From positions 82,627 through 146,626 of the forward strand of contig DASUKK010000017.1 in the NCBI GenBank assembly GCA_036278795.1: a stretch of 64,000 nt of DNA. The letters run 5' to 3'. Below the pieces are notes generated by a model, which searched no databases, was not told the origin of the DNA, and worked only from the letters and a program-made list of their open reading frames with translations. The position numbers were made by a program, and so were the translations under genes. Numbering within the stretch: position 1 is the stretch's first letter; every line of letters starts with the position of its first letter. The DNA comes from Steroidobacteraceae bacterium. Its GTDB lineage: Bacteria > Pseudomonadota > Gammaproteobacteria > Steroidobacterales > Steroidobacteraceae. This document shows, in pieces, positions 61,150 through 64,000 of the stretch.

Positions 61150-63006
61150 TCAGCGGTACCCACGAGCCTGCAGCGTGAACAGGCGCGCGTACGTGCCGTC
61201 GAGGCGCATCAATTCTTCGTGGCTGCCGCTCTCCCTGATCCGGCCGCCGTCGAGGACCACGATCTGATCTGCCATTCGCACCGTGGAGAAGCGGTGCGAG
61301 ATGAGAATCGTGATGCGCTCGCGGGCGAGCTGGCGGAAGTGCTCGAAGACCTCGGTCTCAGCTTGCGCGTCGATCGCCGACGTTGGCTCATCCAACACCA
61401 GCACGTCCGCGCGGGAGCGCATGAAGGCGCGTGACAGCGCCACCTTCTGCCATTGGCCGCCGGATAGCTCACGGCCGTCCTGAAACCATTTGCCGAGCTG
61501 GGTGTGGTATCCCTTCGGCAGTGTCTCGATGAAGGCGCTCGCCCGGCCCTTGTCGGCTGCGTCGCGCCAGCGCGCTTCGTCCTCGAAATAGCGCTCGTCA
61601 CCCGCTCCCACGTTCTCGCCGACACGCATCTGGTAACGGGTGAAGTCCTGGAAGATCACGCCGATCCGCTCCCGCAGCGCGCGCTCCTCGAAGCTCGCCA
61701 GGTCCTCGCCGTCGAGGAGAATCCTGCCGCCGGTCGGCAAATAGAGCCGTGTCAGCAGCTTGATGAGGGTCGTCTTGCCCGAGCCGTTCTCGCCCACGAG
61801 CGCCAGGCTGGTACCGGGCTTCAGGTGCAGAGTGACGTTCTCGAGCGCCGGGGCCTCCGCGCCGGGATAGGTGAAGCTGACATTCTCGAAGCGGACTCCG
61901 TCTTCCGGGTGGGGGCCGCGCGCCACCGTCCCGGCGGGCGGCGGGACTTCGGTTTCCAGGTACTCATACAAGGTCGAGAGGTAGAGATTGTCCTCGTACA
62001 TGCCGCTGACGGCCGACAATATAGCGGTCACAGCCGATTGGCCCTGGCGGAAGAAGGACAGGTACATGGTCATCTGGCCGAGAGTGATCGCGCGTCTGAC
62101 GGTGCTGACCGCTATCCAGGCGTAGGCCGCGTAGGACGTCAGGGTCGCGATGAGGCCGAGGCCGAAGCCCCAGGCATCGCGACGCACGGTCAGCGCACGG
62201 TCCTCCTCGTAAAGAGCCTGGAAGATATCGCGGTAGCGCTGCAGCAACCGTGGCCCCAACCCGTAGAGCTTCACCTCCTTGGCGTGATCCTCGCGCGCGA
62301 GAACCGTTTCGAGGTAGGTCTGCATACGGGTCTCGGGCGAGCGCCAGCGGAAGAGGCGGAATGCGTCACCCGAGAACTTCGCCTCCGCGATGAACGCGGG
62401 CAGACCCGCGAGCAGAAGCACGCCGACCGCCCAGGGCGAAAAGCGCGCGAGCCCCACCGCATAAGTGATGAGGGTGATGCCGTTCTGGGCCAGGCCGAAA
62501 GTGCGCGTGACGAGGCTGAGCGGGCGGCTGGAGGCTTCCCGCCGGGCGCGTGTCAGCTTGTCATAGAACTCGGAGTCCTCGAAGTGCCGCAGCTCGAGGG
62601 TAAGGGCCTTCTCGAGAATCAGCTCGTTGATGCGCTGTCCGAGCTGCACCCGTAACAGGGACTGGCAGAGGGAGATGCCGCGTTGGGCGCCGGCGATGCC
62701 GGCTCCGAGGAGCCCTTCGATGACGACGAGCTCGATTACACGCCGGGTATCGGCGCCTCCGGCTCTGATGGCGGAGACGACCGCATCCACCATGAGAGAG
62801 CCTACGTAGAAAACTGAGGCGGGAAGCAGGCCGGCAATGAGCGTGAGACCGGCTAGTGAGACGGTGAGGGGGCGGTTGGTGCGCCAGACCAGCTCGATGG
62901 CGCGGCGGCTGTAGCGGAAGACGCCGAAAAAGCCGCGGAGGGTGAGCTTGTCGGGGGCGGAGGGCGGGGGATGGCGGAGAGTTTGGGGGCGGGCGGCGGC
63001 TGGCAT
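61150..63006 (-). CDS. ABC exporter, fused permease/ATPase (ABCB/MsbA-like half transporter)
   Basis: 618 aa. Six N-terminal TM helices, then Walker A GENGSGKTTL, signature LSGGQWQK and Walker B VLVLDEPTS. Confidence 0.9.
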   Translation of the reverse strand: MPAAARPQTLRHPPPSAPDKLTLRGFFGVFRYSRRAIELVWRTNRPLTVSLAGLTLIAGLLPASVFYVGSLMVDAVVSAIRAGGADTRRVIELVVIEGLLGAGIAGAQRGISLCQSLLRVQLGQRINELILEKALTLELRHFEDSEFYDKLTRARREASSRPLSLVTRTFGLAQNGITLITYAVGLARFSPWAVGVLLLAGLPAFIAEAKFSGDAFRLFRWRSPETRMQTYLETVLAREDHAKEVKLYGLGPRLLQRYRDIFQALYEEDRALTVRRDAWGFGLGLIATLTSYAAYAWIAVSTVRRAITLGQMTMYLSFFRQGQSAVTAILSAVSGMYEDNLYLSTLYEYLETEVPPPAGTVARGPHPEDGVRFENVSFTYPGAEAPALENVTLHLKPGTSLALVGENGSGKTTLIKLLTRLYLPTGGRILLDGEDLASFEERALRERIGVIFQDFTRYQMRVGENVGAGDERYFEDEARWRDAADKGRASAFIETLPKGYHTQLGKWFQDGRELSGGQWQKVALSRAFMRSRADVLVLDEPTSAIDAQAETEVFEHFRQLARERITILISHRFSTVRMADQIVVLDGGRIRESGSHEELMRLDGTYARLFTLQARGYR

Positions 63007-63044
63007 TCAGGCCTTAGCTTGGGGCTTTTGGCGGGGAAACCAAT

Positions 63045-63140
63045 GGGGCGGCCTGGTCTCCGGGCGGATCAAGACGTTGGCGGGTCGGTCTCGAGCGGAT
63101 CCAAAACGATGGCGGGTCGGTCTTCGAGCGCATCACAAAA
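63045..63140. repeat. Three imperfect 32-bp tandem repeats upstream of the ABC exporter
   Basis: The units start at about 63045, 63077 and 63109. The core is GGCGG(G/C)..GGTCT(C/T)...GAGCG(G/C)ATC. The GGTCT anchors lie at 63055, 63087 and 63119, giving a period of exactly 32. Confidence 0.7.
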
Positions 63141-63369
63141 TGCTCCCCGGCCAGAACGCCGCAAGCGTGTCCGGACTCATCCTCGAGTGACCCCGTTCCA
63201 GGGGAAGGCCGAGCTGAAGCAAGAGGGCGGTCCACGGGCAAGCGGATAGCGGCTGCAACCGTGTATTCGTCCTGTGGAAGAGTCGGGGTGAGGACTCTGC
63301 ACATCATGAGAGTCGCCGGCGCGGAGTCAATCGCTCTCTCTTGCGGGAGCGGCGTGCGTGCTGTGCGCA

Positions 63370-64000
63370 CTAGAGGAGGAGGACGCTGCGTTTTTCGGCA
63401 ACGGCGCGGTCGGCCATCAGGAAGGCCGCGGCGTTCCAGGACTGGCCGGGCATGCCGCGGGGGGTGGCTCGGGTGCCGTGTAGCCATTCGGTGAAGGCCC
63501 AATTGCGTACGGCGCACGCGCGCGCCAGATTTGCGAGCTCTAGCCGCGCCTGCGGCAGGCGGCCGGCGGCGGCCAGCGCGACCACCCAGAAGCCACCAAG
63601 CATCGGCCAGATGCCGCCATTGTGGTATTGCCAGACCTCGTTCTGGCGGTGGCGGGCCATGTAGGGACGCCAGAGCGCGCTGCGCCGTTTGATGGGGTGA
63701 GTGACTGCGCGGACGGGATAGAGGCGACTCACCTTCGCCCGCTGCAACGCATCGAGGGTACGGCGGGTCGCCTGACGATCGGCGAGACCGCAGAGCAGCG
63801 CGAGGAGATTGCCGAAGACATCGCCCTCCTCACCGAAGAAGGAGAAGTTGACGAAGCTCAGATACAAGTCGCGGTTGCGCGCCCGGCGCAGGACGTATTC
63901 ATTGAGCAGGCGGGCGCGCCGATACTGCGGGAGAGCGGCCGAGAACGGATGGAAGAGACCGTTGAAGTTGTCGCGCGTTTCCTCGGCGCGATCCAACCCG
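63370..64000 (-). CDS. Glycoside hydrolase, (alpha/alpha)6-barrel type (GH100 invertase / GDE_C-like), C-terminal part; the gene continues past the window end
   Basis: ...WQYHNGGIWPMLGGFWVVAL...AFTEWLHG.....G...QSWNAAAFL resembles the C-terminal catalytic region of neutral-invertase/amylo-1,6-glucosidase-like enzymes. The ORF is open to the window edge. Confidence 0.55.
   Translation of the reverse strand, partial: GLDRAEETRDNFNGLFHPFSAALPQYRRARLLNEYVLRRARNRDLYLSFVNFSFFGEEGDVFGNLLALLCGLADRQATRRTLDALQRAKVSRLYPVRAVTHPIKRRSALWRPYMARHRQNEVWQYHNGGIWPMLGGFWVVALAAAGRLPQARLELANLARACAVRNWAFTEWLHGTRATPRGMPGQSWNAAAFLMADRAVAEKRSVLLL

Noticed and set aside
63045-63140. Possible CRISPR array
   Set aside because: There are only three contiguous, imperfect 32-bp units with no unique spacers between them. 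There is no cas gene in the window.

Overview
High-GC proteobacterial chromosomal window, probably gammaproteobacterial (an inference from gene content only). It is densely packed with about 45 housekeeping and metabolic genes. I see no integrase, transposase, phage, CRISPR-Cas, toxin-antitoxin or defence genes. Left to right: SDR dehydrogenase, ETF-ubiquinone oxidoreductase, acetoacetyl-CoA synthetase, ZapE, a truncated fic remnant, HrpA helicase, HppD, the large NAD-glutamate dehydrogenase, GpmA, RraB-like protein, 2Fe-2S ferredoxin, YkoF-like protein, PhzF-like isomerase, ModF-like ABC ATPase, GlpD, and a GT39/ArnT-like glycosyltransferase. Then come tRNA-Arg(UCG) plus a disrupted second copy, an amino-acid permease, a secreted GH13 enzyme, and Tag. 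A molybdenum-cofactor operon follows (moeA-moaA-moaC, a MobA-MoaD fusion, a MoaE-MoeB-rhodanese fusion). After that: proBA, an extremely acidic small protein, a VIT1 transporter, HtpX, an FAD oxidoreductase, a small-protein/fnr/tesB operon, a GGDEF-EAL sensor, and a glycerophosphodiesterase. A 14-kb alpha-glucan/trehalose cluster (glgB-glgE-treS/mak-glgX-treZ-treY) comes next, then a lipoprotein, an ABC exporter and a partial glycoside hydrolase. I do not see a clear novel multi-gene system; this is mostly core genome. The most unusual signals are listed here. (1) A roughly 100-nt multi-hairpin intergenic repeat is present three times, with compensatory stem changes. (2) A tRNA-Arg copy is split in its T-loop by a 72-nt insert and abutted by a permease ORF. 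(3) The Moco biosynthesis genes show unusual fusions. (4) Two genes appear to need non-canonical start codons: CTG for tesB and AUU for the RraB-like gene. (5) There are several short repeat clusters and apparently leaderless promoters. The many long antisense ORFs in the track are high-GC artefacts.
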